In this document: piece by piece, positions 1 through 11,390 of the stretch | How positions within the stretch are numbered: the first letter of the stretch is position 1 | Layout: the number at the start of each line of letters is the position of its first letter | Source: Octopus bimaculoides | Taxonomy: Eukaryota | Assembly: GCF_001194135.2 (NCBI RefSeq) | Contig: NC_069003.1 | Coordinates: 31,006,614 to 31,070,613 of the forward strand | Length of the DNA stretch: 64,000 nt | Reading direction: 5' to 3' | Made by a program: the position numbers and the translations under genes | The notes under the pieces: model-generated | What the model was told of the DNA's origin: nothing | Databases searched by the model: none | What the model saw: the letters and a program-made list of their open reading frames with translations, nothing else

Positions 1-585
1 CTACTAGGAACAAATCCAGCACTTAAATATATATATATATGTGTGTTTGTGTGTGAGTTTAGAGGGATATATCATTCAGACAGATGTCATGGTTGAGTTC
101 CGCTTAATGGTGCTTTGAAGAAATGTCTTTTACTATAGTTCCAGGCTGACCAAAGCCTTGAGAATGGATTTGGTAGATGAAGACTGAAAGAAGCCTATCA
201 TATATATATATGCTCCTGTTTACGGCTAACTACATCGATCAGTATTTAATGTCTATGACTTCTATTAGTTATTGGTCACTCTGCAAATTCCTCCAATGGC
301 TAATTCTGAGCTTGCTTCACTGGACTGGCTATTAGTGATAATTATAACAAAATAGAACATGGAGACTTGATCTGTATAAAATTGTAAAATAAGAGCAAAT
401 AAATTTAGAGGATGAACAAGTCTCCATGTTTTATATCATTTTAATTATTGCTAATCATCATCTTCACATAACATCTACCTTCCAACAAATTTTCTTAAAC
501 AACGTAAATAACTAAATTTCAGGCCATGTGTTAAACAGCAACAATATTATCAATAAAGTATTGCATACCCTAACCACTAAGCCAG

Positions 586-742
586 GCTTCTTTTAGTTCC
601 ATCCACCAAATCCATGCACAAGGCTTTGGTCAGCCTGGTGCTATAGCTGAAGACACTCAATCAAGGTTCCACGCAGAGGGACTGAACCAAGAACCATGTG
701 GTTGGCAAGCAAACTTCTTACCACAAAGCCATGCCCGCACCT
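586..742 (-). mobile_element. SINE family A 5' half. Another head fragment at 86-210(+)
   Basis: Reverse complement of ...ccaaccacatggttcttggttcagtccc...gaccaaagccttgtg...gatttggtgga. Confidence 0.75.
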
Positions 743-2290
743 ACATACAACAAATTTTCTTAAACAATGTAAATAACTAATTTTAGTCCATGTGTGAAAC
801 AGTGGCAATATCATCAATAAAATATCACCTAATCATAAATACAAAGAAACTGAGTTAATTTCTCATGAAACTATTTCAGTCCATAGATCTCATCTCTGTC
901 GGAAACATAGTCATTGTGGCTGTGTTCGTTGAATATAGTTGAATAATGGAACCTTTTAGTCGTATAATGCATTTTGTGTCTATTAATAGTGTTATGTCTC
1001 TTAGAACCATAATGTATCTGTAACTAGTTTAATTGCATCTATTAATCTGCCATTTAGTTAAATGCATCTTTTTGAGTGGCACACATCAGCTATCAATAAT
1101 TTAGTATATTTTATTGACGAGGAAAAACAATCAGCAGTATAATGCATGAGTATAATGCATAAAGAAAAATAACTAAAAGATATAAAAAAAATATCACTCA
1201 GATACTTGGTCTTCTGTAGGATGGGAGAATGTGTGAAATGCATGCTGGGAGGGTGGAGGGAAGCCATGAAAATGAAAGTAAAATAATTAATAAATTAACA
1301 ATTACAGGGAGTTCATGCTAATGTGATTTTTTAATTTTTTTTATGTCTCCTTTTTTTCGGGAACAGACTGATGTATTGTTGAACAGTCAATGGTGTTGGA
1401 GAGCATAAAGGTTAAAATTATAGTTAAAAACATATTTAGCTGACATGGAGAACTGGAAACTATCTGAGTATTGGAAAAGGGTTACATAGGACAACAGGTC
1501 TTGAGGTCTGAAGATATGCCATAAAGTTAAACCTTTTATGGACAGGAAACCCAGGGTAACCCCCAAAAACTGGCCTTCACCAGGAATATATATATAGTTG
1601 AAATTTACAAAAAACAAAACAAAAGAAGAAGACAGGTGCGTAAACAACAAACAGATGTATTAGTTTAACACTCAGGAAGTGAGAAAGTCTTTAATGTTTC
1701 AAGCCTATGCTCTTCAACAGAAAGGAACACAGAAATAAACAGGGAGAAAAAATAAAACCGGTTTAGTGGCTAGCATCTGTATGTCTGTATATATATATAT
1801 ATATATACAGACATACATATATGCATGTATATATATATATACAGACATACATATATGTATGNNNNNNNNNNNNNNNNNNNNNNNNNNNNNNNNNNNNNNN
1901 NNNNNNNNNNNNNNNNNNNNNNNNNNNNNNNNNNNNNNNNNNNNNNNNNNNNNNNNNNNNNNNNNNNNNNNNNNNNNNNNNNNNNNNNNNNNNNNNNNNN
2001 NNNNNNNNNNNNNNNNNNNNNNNNNNNNNNNNNNNNNNNNNNNNNNNNNNNNNNNNNNNNNNNNNNNNNNNNNNNNNNNNNNNNNNNNNNNNNNNNNNNN
2101 NNNNNNNNNNNNNNNNNNNNNNNNNNNNNNNNNNNNNNNNNNNNNNNNNNNNNNNNNNNNNNNNNNNNNNNNNNNNNNNNNNNNNNNNNNNNNNNNNNNN
2201 NNNNNNNNNNNNNNNNNNNNNNNNNNNNNNNNNNNNNNNNNNNNNNNNNNNNNNNNNNNNNNNNNNNNNNNNNNNNNNNNNNNNNNNNNN

Positions 2291-2331
<41 letters not shown>

Positions 2332-2353
2332 CAGCCACACATATGTACATATA

Positions 2354-2389
<36 letters not shown>

Positions 2390-2430
2390 GCAAAGAGAGA
2401 ATAAATAAAAAGAAAATTCTCTGTACTTAC

Positions 2431-2493
2431 CGTTAATGTTATGATTTGGTCAAATAGCATAGCTGGAGCCATGTGGAAATCAAATACAAAATA
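2431..2493 (-). CDS. OTOF: Otoferlin exon-10 equivalent (C2B), 63 nt, phase 0 to 0: YFVFDFHMAPAMLFDQIITLT
   Basis: Acceptor tctttcattatttcag|TAT, donor ACG|gtaagt. Resembles human [21 protein letters not shown] (recalled), same length. Confidence 0.94.
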
Positions 2494-3287
2494 CTGAAAT
2501 AATGAAAGAAAAAGAATTATTGATGAATCAATGGTTTTTTTTTTAAATGAAGGAATTTAGTTTCGTAATTGCATAAAACATCTTTAAAAGAGTTAAAATT
2601 TGGGGATTCTGATATTTTTACGAAACAAGAAATGCAGTGAAATCCAAGCTCCTGTCAAAACGTCTGACCCATGCCAGCATGAAAGGTGGATATTAGATAG
2701 TAATGATGATGATGATGATAATGACGATGATGATGACTATGATGACGATGATAATGAGGTGGAGGGGGAAGAGAAGGAGAAGGAAAAGGAGAAGAAGAGA
2801 AGGAGAAGGAAAAGGAGAGGAGGAGAACGAGGAGGAAGATGATGGTGGTGATGATGATGACGATGATGACGGTGGCAATGATGATGATGACGATAATAAA
2901 TAAAAGCCACAACCAACAACTGTTGCTGTTATTGTTTGTGTGGCCAAAAAAGAATTAAAAAAATCAATATATTTTGTCTAGTGGAAGAACTAGCTATGGT
3001 AGCTTTGCACTTTACCATTCATCATCCAGAGGTTGTTAAAATACCATAGCTGTCATCGACTGCAATTGATAAATGAAGAATATTGTAACCCTTGGGGGGA
3101 AATCTGTGCATTTCTGCCCTTCTTAGAAATCAATCAATTATATTAATCTCAGATCTAAGATGAAATCCCTTTGAGTTACATCACACCTTTTAACTCTTTA
3201 AGAGCTAAAAAGACAGGTACAAATAACACAGCACCGATTCTGTGGCTAACTCAATAGAAAACTGACAATGAGTTTAACCGTTTAATT

Positions 3288-3670
3288 GTGAAGCATGGTT
3301 GAGTGGTGAAAAGTTTGCTTCTCAACCACATGGTTATGAGTTCAGTTCCGCTTAATGGTGCTTTGAAGAAATGTCTTTTACTATAGTTCCAGGCTGACCA
3401 AAGCCTTGTGAATGGATTTGGTAGATGGAACCTGAAAGAAGCCTGTCGTATATATGTATATATGTATGTGTGTGTGTTATGTTTGTCCCCCTAACATCGC
3501 TTGACAAGGGATGGTGGTGTGTTTACCTCCTCGTAACTTAGCGGTTCGGCATAAAAGACTAATCGAATAAGTACTAGTCTTACAAAGAATAAGTTCTGGA
3601 GTTGATTTGCTCAACTAAAGGCAGTGCTCCAGCATGGCCACAGTCAAATGACTGAAACAAGTAAAAGAGT
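3288..3670 (+). mobile_element. SINE family A, full length, diverged head
   Basis: Same head / microsatellite / tail layout as 8935-9372. Confidence 0.85.
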
Positions 3671-4420
3671 AACTAAACAAAAAAATAATTTTCTTCTACC
3701 CAGTATTGAATGCTTCGATACAGATAAATTACTATTTGCCCTCTTATGGAACTGAAGAGAATTCCTGCGATGATATTTATTCTTTCTCCTTTCAGTTATG
3801 TTTTCTTTTTAAAATGTCTTTTCACTTACTGCACCCAGGCAACAGAAGTTCACTGTCTGGATACAATTTAAGATGGAGAATTAAGATTTCATCCAAGAAC
3901 AGAAAAAACGATTTTATTTCTCAGAATAAAATGATACGGCAGCCTCAAGACAATGTAATACGATGTTATACCAGAGACAGTGTCTAAGCCATGAAAATAG
4001 TAATTGTTGTTACTTTTGTTGGTGACAGTGGAGGGGAAACTAACGTTAATGATGTTGACAACAATAATATTTGTATTTTTTCAACAAGGAGTAAAAAAAA
4101 AAATAAACAAAGAAAAAAAAGGAAAGAAAGAAGAAAGGAAAAGGTGTGTGGTAGAAGATGAAGAATGATAAATGTTCAGTTGATGACATTCAGGCAAAGG
4201 TTAATGTGTGTGAATATACATATACGCACAAACACTTGTCTATAAGTATTAGCATATCTGTCTGTCTGTATGAATGTATGTATGTATGTATGTATGTATG
4301 TATGTATGTATGCATGTATATGTATAGGTGTGTATATATGTGAGGGTGTGTGTATATATATTTATATNNNNNNNNNNATATTTATATACATTATATGTAT
4401 ATATATATATACATACACAA

Positions 4421-4466
<46 letters not shown>

Positions 4467-5919
4467 TATAATATATATATATATATACACACAATATATA
4501 TATACACAATATACATATATATAATATATATATATACATAATATATATATAAATATATAAATATGGCCTGGTTCTCTGTCAGTCACAATAATAAGTGCTT
4601 CAGTTGATCTGATCAATAGAACAGCCTGTATTCAGGAAATGTGCAAGTGGCTGAGTACTCCACAGACGCGCATACCCCTTAAAGTAGTTCTCAGGGATAT
4701 TCACCATGACACAGAATGTGACAAGGCTGGCCCCTTTGAATTACTGGTACAACAAAAAATCTGGTGCTGTGTTAAACAATTCCTTGTTAGTAAAGCTGTC
4801 CTTAACGAAGCAGTGCAGCCCCACTGAAACTTGCTGACTTCATGGCTAAACTAGAAGAAACCATTTGATTCTGTTTGTCACGCATGGATAATAGATGATG
4901 GTGATGATGATGATGAGGAGGAGGAGGAGGAGGAGGAAGAGGAGGAGCATAAGGATGGGGATGATGACAGTGTCTTATCTTAATATTGACAATTTTGATT
5001 CAGAATGTGATTAGAGACCACGAATATGACAGAAATGATAACAGACTTAAACTAACGGATTAAGACTGGATTGGCAACAGTCGATGTGATTGCAATGATA
5101 AAGCCATCAGGATGTTGGCACCAGGATGGGTGTGCCAGAAATTGTAAGGAGATTATGCTTGTTGTTGTTGTTTAGTTCTAGATCTGGCTAGAATGAGCCA
5201 GCACTGTGTGTCTGTCACCCTCAGACTAAGGGAAACAACATGGGTTCAATTGCTGTGAGGAGCTGAGAGGTGAAAAATTGTACTTACAAACTCTTCTATA
5301 AACTCTAGCATAGACGGGTAATTACCAATGTAAATAGACATTAGACCTTTCATTACCAACCCGGCTGAAACCATCTCTGGCTCTGAGTACAAATGTCTTG
5401 TTTCTATAAGTTTTGAATTAAAATCTTCCACCAAACCTTAGTCACAATTTATGTTCCTAACACTATCTGAATAATAACTAAGTTATTTTACTAAATTCTT
5501 TGTTATATTTAAAATTAATTGAAAGAAATGAAATAATCAAAATTCAGTCTGTAGGCTTATTATGCTAGAGTTTATCTTGGTTTCTTTAGAATTAAAAGTG
5601 ACCAAGAATACAATGTGAAGGAAGGAAATTGGGTTAAATAGTATGTAACCCCATGAACTAGGGTACATTGAAATCATAGGATGCAGTGTGGTGGAAGTGA
5701 ATTATTTTGGCAAATGAACTTATTGAGCCACTGGCAGATATCACTGGAAGCTGAAATGGTGAACAGACATTGACAAAGCTGTCAATGGGCAGGATCAACC
5801 AGGATAGTTAGTGAACTATTGCTGTCACCTGTAGTTGTGGTGTGTGTGCAGATGAGGTCATTTCAGCTAGTGGTAGATCAAGGTGACAGAAACTGAAGCA
5901 AGCATGGAAAAGTGGGTGG

Positions 5920-5939
5920 TGATGATGATGATGACAACA

Positions 5940-5970
<31 letters not shown>

Positions 5971-6238
5971 CAATGACGATGTCGACAATGATGACGAAGA
6001 AGAAAAAGATGATGATGATGACAATGATGATAATGATGACGAAGATGACAACAGCAATCATGATGACAACAATGATGATGATGATGACAACAACGATGAT
6101 GATGATGACAATGATGATGGTGATGAAGAAGAGGATGAAAGAAAAGATGATGATGATGACGAAGATGACAACAATGATGATGATGACGAAGATGACAACA
6201 ATGATGATGATGATGATGACAATCATGATGATGACAAT
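5920..6238 (+). repeat. Compound (GAT/GAC/AAT) trinucleotide array. Similar arrays at 2700-2895 and 14195-14575
   Basis: Directly visible; these generate the poly-D and poly-M ORFs in the track. Confidence 0.95.
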
Positions 6239-6693
6239 NNNNNNNNNNNNNNNNNNNNNNNNNNNNNNNNNNNNNNNNNNNNNNNNNNNNNNNNNNNNNN
6301 NNNNNNNNNNNNNNNNNNNNNNNNNNNNNNNNNNNNNNNNNNNNNNNNNNNNNNNNNNNNNNNNNNNNNNNNNNNNNNNNNNNNNNNNNNNNNNNNNNNN
6401 NNNNNNNNNNNNNNNNNNNNNNNNNNNNNNNNNNNNNNNNNNNNNNNNNNNNNNNNNNNNNNNNNNNNNNNNNNNNNNNNNNNNNNNNNNNNNNNNNNNN
6501 NNNNNNNNNNNNNNNNNNNNNNNNNNNNNNNNNNNNNNNNNNNNNNNNNNNNNNNNNNNNNNNNNNNNNNNNNNNNNNNNNNNNNNNNNNNNNNNNNNNN
6601 NNNNNNNNNNNNNNNNNNNNNNNNNNNNNNNNNNNNNNNNNNNNNNNNNNNNNNNNNNNNNNNNNNNNNNNNNNNNNNNNNNNNNNNNNNNNN
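6239..6693. other. Assembly gap (455 N), one of about 20; probable location of the missing otoferlin exon 9
   Basis: N run in the exon 8-10 intron. Nearly all gaps in the window abut microsatellites or young repeats. Confidence 0.9.
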
Positions 6694-7056
6694 TATATAT
6701 ATATAAGAAAATTATATATATATAAGAAAATTATATATATATAAGAAAATTAGATGACAAAGGAATAAACAATTATGTTAAGAACTTCATTAGCTTACAA
6801 CCGTTTCTGCTATAAGATGCAGTGGACTCATAGTATATACAAGGGCAGTGAAGTCAGAGTCATAGTCGTGGAGTCAGTGTCGGAGTCAGAAACAATTAAG
6901 GGGTAGTCAGAGTTGGAGTTGGTAAAACTATACTGACTCCGACTCACAATATACCTTATTCTTTAATATAAACCAGTTATAACATATAGGCCTACTCAAA
7001 GTGCAAGTGTATACATATGTTTTATGAGACATGTAGATGCTAAAACACACACTTAC

Positions 7057-7111
7057 TTGAAAGTCTTGCGCTCGTAAAGATGCATGTTCCATATGATGAT
7101 CTACTTTCGGT
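7057..7111 (-). CDS. OTOF: Otoferlin exon-8 equivalent (entry to C2B), 55 nt, phase 2 to 0: (R)PKVDHHMEHASLRAQDFQ
   Basis: Acceptor gcttttatttcag|A, donor CAA|gtaagt. Resembles human SKPDIKMEPSAGRPMDYQ (recalled), same length. Confidence 0.88.
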
Positions 7112-7231
7112 CTGAAATAAAAGCATGGGAACAAAGAAGTGTTAATTACTTTGATCAAATTAAGCAATAGAAACCACAAAACAAATCTATGTTGTTGTAC
7201 AGCTAAACATTTGATACGACTGAAGAATCTA

Positions 7232-7540
7232 GTATTCTGTCGGTTATGACAATGAGGGTTCCAGTTGATTCGATCAACGGAACAGCCTGCCTGTGCAAGT
7301 GGCTGAGCACTCCACAGACACGTGAACCCTTAACATAGTTCTCAGGGAGATTCAGCGTGACACAGAGTGTGACAAGGTCGGCCCTTTGAAATACAGGTGC
7401 CACTCATTTTTGCCAGCTGAGTGGACTGGAGCAACGTGGAATAAAGTGTCTTGCTCAAGGACACAACGCGCTACCGGGAATTGAACTCACGACCTTACGA
7501 TCATGAGTTGAATACCCTAACCACTAAGCCATGCCTTCAC
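7232..7540 (-). mobile_element. tRNA-headed SINE family C, full length, in the exon 7-8 intron
   Basis: Minus strand reads GCATGGCTTAGTGGTTAGG (A box) ...GAGTTCAATTCCC (B box), then ttgtgtccttgagcaagacacttt. Other copies at 4575-4750(-), 8000-8172(-), 57652-57866(-), 62235-62470(+). Confidence 0.87.
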
Positions 7541-7682
7541 AGGACTGAAGAATATAGCATAAGAAGAAGAAGAAGAAGAAAATGATGATGATGATAAAGA
7601 AGAAGAAGAAGATGATGATGATAAAAAAGAATTATTATTATTATTGTTATTATTATTATTGTTATTATTGTTGTGTACCTAC

Positions 7683-7824
7683 CGGTGCATTTTAGTAGGT
7701 GTCATAATAGCTGATCCAGTGCTTTCACTGCGTTGATCATCCTCCGTGCAGGTTGAATCCGTGCCAAATGCTGATAATATTGAAGATGCAATTTTAGCAC
7801 TTTTGCCTTCAACAGACAGGACTT
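7683..7824 (-). CDS. OTOF: Otoferlin exon-7 equivalent (linker), 142 nt, phase 1 to 2: (E)VLSVEGKSAKIASSILSAFGTDSTCTEDDQRSESTGSAIMTPTKMH(R)
   Basis: Acceptor ttttgtgtcgtttccag|AA, donor CCG|gtaggt. Open only in the frame demanded by the flanking exons. Confidence 0.82.
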
Positions 7825-8809
7825 CTGGAAACGACACAAAAGAAAATATCAAAGAATTAATAAAAGACAATTAAGAACAAACAAACAACAACAAAAAAAA
7901 CAGGAGGTGAATTGGTAAATTGGAAAGTCTAGAATATCTTGTGGTTTTTGTTCTGGTTCATGGTGTTCTGAGTTCAAATCTGGCTGAGGTCTTGAGATAT
8001 ACATTGAGCTGACACAAAGGGTGATAAGGCTGGTGTTTGAATTACAGGTACAACTCATTTTAGCCTGCTCAGTGGACTGGAGCAACATGGAATAAAATGT
8101 CTTGGCCAAGAACACAAAGTGTTGCCAGGAATTGAACTCATGAATTTACCCTAACCACTAACCATACCTTCACTGTACAAGGTGGTTACAAATTATCATA
8201 GGTCATCGAATGAAGGATATGGAAGATGCTGGTGGTTGAGTCAGGTTCTGTTCTGGTTTGCTATAAATGATGCACAACACTTGTTAACAATTTTACAGAA
8301 ACTTTATTCACCACACAAAATATTTTCCATGTTGGTATTGAATAAATAATACAACAACAAAGGATATGCAGTCTCTGTGCAAATACGCCTGGCAAGACTG
8401 GTGGCACATCTTGCCCAGCTAAATTTGACACTCTACAAAGATCAGCATTTAAAAGTCATCTATTTATAACCCATGTTAAGAGATGTACAAGAAGGCTGCA
8501 TCATATGATGACTCGATGCTGACTGGTCAGTTAATTGGCCAATCATGTGAAATGACTGTTATTAATCCGTGACTTTTACTTGGCAATTTGTCAGTTCAGT
8601 TCTGAATCTATTAGACATGTTGTACACCATCAAATACGGTACTAATATGTTGTTATTATGTTGGGTTTTACTTCTACTGACAACACTTGGATTAATCTGA
8701 AACTAGGAGGGAAGGTGTCCAAACAAACCCGACCAGGGCTCACACATTTGATCTCATGATTGCAAGGCTAGCTTCTTGACCATTTAGCCATATTCCATAT
8801 TTTTCTTAC

Positions 8810-8898
8810 CTGCTTCAGCTTCACCCAGTATTTGCTTGTTACTGTCTTCTGGCTTTTGTTTCATCACATTCTTGACCAATGAACTAAACTTTGCAGCC
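8810..8898 (-). CDS. OTOF: Otoferlin exon-6 equivalent (linker), 89 nt, phase 2 to 1: (G)AAKFSSLVKNVMKQKPEDSNKQILGEAEA(E)
   Basis: Acceptor ttttcttcttttatgaacacag|G, donor CAG|gtaaga. Its phases exactly bridge the neighbouring exons. Sequence similarity to vertebrate OTOF is weak. Confidence 0.8.
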
Positions 8899-8934
8899 CT
8901 GTGTTCATAAAAGAAGAAAAGATAATAAATATAA

Positions 8935-9099
8935 GGCGTAGGAGTGGCTGTGTGGTAAGTAGCTTGCTTACCAACCACATGGTTCTGGTTTCAGTCCCAC
9001 TGCGTGGCACCTTGGGCAAGTGTCTTCTACTATAGCCTCGGGCCGACCAAAGCTTTGCGAGTGGATTTGGTAGACGGAAACTGAAAGAAACCCATCATA

Positions 9100-9148
<49 letters not shown>

Positions 9149-9372
9149 ATGTGTTTGTGTGTGTGTGTTTGTCCCCCAACTTCGCTTGACAACCAATGCT
9201 GGTGTGTTTGCATCCCCGTAACTTAGCAGTTCGGCAAAAAGAGACCGATAGAATAAGTACTAGGCTTACAAAAAATAAGTCCTGGGGTCGATTTGTTCGA
9301 CTAAAGGCGGTGCCCCAGCATGGCCGTAGTCAAATGACTGAAACAAGTAAAAGAGTAAAAAGAGTAAAGAGT
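8935..9372 (+). mobile_element. tRNA-headed SINE family A, full length, low divergence
   Basis: A-box-like TGGCTGTGTGG, B-box-like GTTTCAGTCCC, internal (TA)n(TG)n, conserved 3' half ending gactgaaacaagtaaaagag. About 20 copies or fragments in the window. Confidence 0.88.
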
Positions 9373-9734
9373 ATAAATAACAACGACAACAGTAATGATG
9401 ATGACGGTAGTCCACTGGGAACATCCAGCATATTGAGAAGAGTACAAGTCAGTCGAGCGATATCTTCTCGAAAGTACCCCAAACCCCAAAAATCTATAAA
9501 CCCCAAAAGAGACAGTGATAATAATAATCCTTTTTACTAAAGGCACAAGACCTGAAATTTTGTGGGAGGGGGATAGTTGATTACATCGACCCCAGTACAC
9601 AACTGGTACTTAATTTATTGACCCCGAAAGTTTTCTTATGTGTGAAGTCATGAAGTCTCCTCTTTCTTTTTATTTGCATTGAAGACACTCACTGAAAACT
9701 ACCTCACCATAAAACAACTTCTAAGAAGCCAGAA

Positions 9735-10330
9735 GTCATCACCTTTCTAACGCGCTGTCAAATGTAATATTTATTTAAATCGCTTTGAATTAATCATGCA
9801 TTTTCTCATGGCTTTGAGATTTCAATGATGTCGTCGTGCAAATTTAGAATGGCATTGTAGGGTAGGTGTGAGAGGCGAGATCTGACCCTTTTTTAAAACG
9901 TAAAACAGGTGGAATACTTGAGCCTGATATGATTTGCTTAACCCTTTAACCTTCAAATTACTCTGTCAAACATAATGCTTATTGGTTCATATTATTTTGG
10001 ATTAATAAAAGTGGTGAGCTGGCAGAATTATTAACAGGATGGGTAAAATGCTTTGCAGTATCTTGTTCATCATCATATTCTGAGTTCAAACTCCACCAAG
10101 TCAGCCTTTCATCCTTTCAGGGTCGTTATGCACTGGTGCTGACATAATGAACTATACCCCTCCCGACAAAATTTCAGGCCTTGTGCTTATAGTAGAAAGG
10201 ATTATTTTGAATTAATCGTGCATTATCTCATAGCTCTGAGATTTTAGAATGACATTGTAGGTTATGCCTGAGAGGTTAGATCTGGCTTTTTTAATACGTA
10301 AAACGGATAGAATATTTGGCTCAGATAGAG
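9735..10330. mobile_element. Two tandem copies of a MITE-like non-autonomous element (about 9735-9950 and 9945-10330); the second is split by SINE-B
   Basis: Both share ctgtcaaa..taat, ttgaattaatc.tgcatt.tctcat.gct.tgagattt and tttagaatg.cattgtagg..tgagagg..agatctg. No ORF. DNA-element class is inferred. Confidence 0.6.
10011..10206 (+). mobile_element. SINE family B nested in a MITE-like element
   Basis: Family-B match; flanked by attattttggattaat / attattttgaattaat, a TSD-like pair. Confidence 0.8.
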
Positions 10331-10539
10331 GGATCGATGACATGACCAACTAAATATATGCTTCTGTATAAAGTGAGCTTTCTTACTGAGACAGATTGTC
10401 TTTGCAGACCAACAATATTAGCTGTTGTTACGTCTATACCATGGTGTTATGTTGCTGTCCAGGTTTCTGGTGACAATGATCTTCAGAAAACAGTTTTAGT
10501 AATTGGAGAAGGAAAAGATAAGTGTTGTTTCCTTAGTGC

Positions 10540-10997
10540 TACATATTGACACATATGCACTCAAACACACTCAGACATACACACACATGCACGCATACAA
10601 AAAAAAAAAACACGCAGTACACACCTACATCACAGAGATATACACACATGCACAAATGCACACATACACATACACATACATGCCCAAATGCACACATATG
10701 CATACATGCATATGCACACACATGTTCACATGCATACATATATCATACATACAAATACACACATGGACACACACAGACATACATACAAATATACACACAC
10801 ATGCATTCATGCATGCGCTCATGCACGCACATATATTTGTTTTAAGAGCTTGACTGATATTTGCATTATTAAAATTTTCACAGATGCTAAAAGTGTGTGA
10901 TTGTGGAGACGCGTCAATGTTGAGTCATAAACCGACACAACCGAGGAATATATGTGTAAATATGTAAAACCCATTTATACATACATTGATGCACATT

Positions 10998-11055
<58 letters not shown>

Positions 11056-11390
11056 CATATATATGTACAAACACAGACACACACATATACATATATATGT
11101 ACATACACACACACATATATATACATATATATATATGTATGTATACATATACACACACATGTATGTATATGTATTTATATATTTGTGTGTGTATGTGTAT
11201 ACACATACACACACACATATATATAGATATATGGATATAGATATCTACAGATACAGATATAGATTGATAGATTTACATACATACATATACATGTATATTG
11301 TATGTATATACAAATATGTATACACACACATACATACATGTAAACATACACAAAGACATGTACACGCACACACACACACACACACAAGTA
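10540..11390 (+). repeat. Compound (CA)/(TA)/(CATA) microsatellite field, one of many (e.g. 23550-23960, 24550-25040, 26880-27230, 34250-34870, 41095-41295, 51530-51930)
   Basis: Directly visible. Confidence 0.95.

Noticed and set aside
1714-2472. Long ORFs rich in [12 protein letters not shown] or X throughout the track
   Set aside because: These are translations of dinucleotide microsatellites and N gaps. Only the first 14 aa of this ORF overlap the real exon 10.
3830-3856. 27-nt phase 0-0 microexon candidate (TVNFCCLGA; tatccag| … GCA|gtaagt) in the exon 8-10 intron
   Set aside because: No similarity to the missing C2B exon, and such sites arise by chance in AT-rich DNA. It would need junction reads.
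5883-6725. Poly-Asp / poly-Met ORFs resembling acidic biomineralisation proteins (also 14196-14579)
   Set aside because: They are GAT/GAC slippage arrays, open in several frames, with no splice or start context, and antisense within an intron.
7470-7540. tRNA-like sequence (also in SINE A and B heads)
   Set aside because: These are A/B-box SINE heads continuing into repeat bodies; I see no complete cloverleaf.
7705-7824. Alternative frame of exon 7 (KSCLLKAKVLKLHLQYYQHL…)
   Set aside because: It hits a TGA before the donor and is incompatible with the flanking exon phases.
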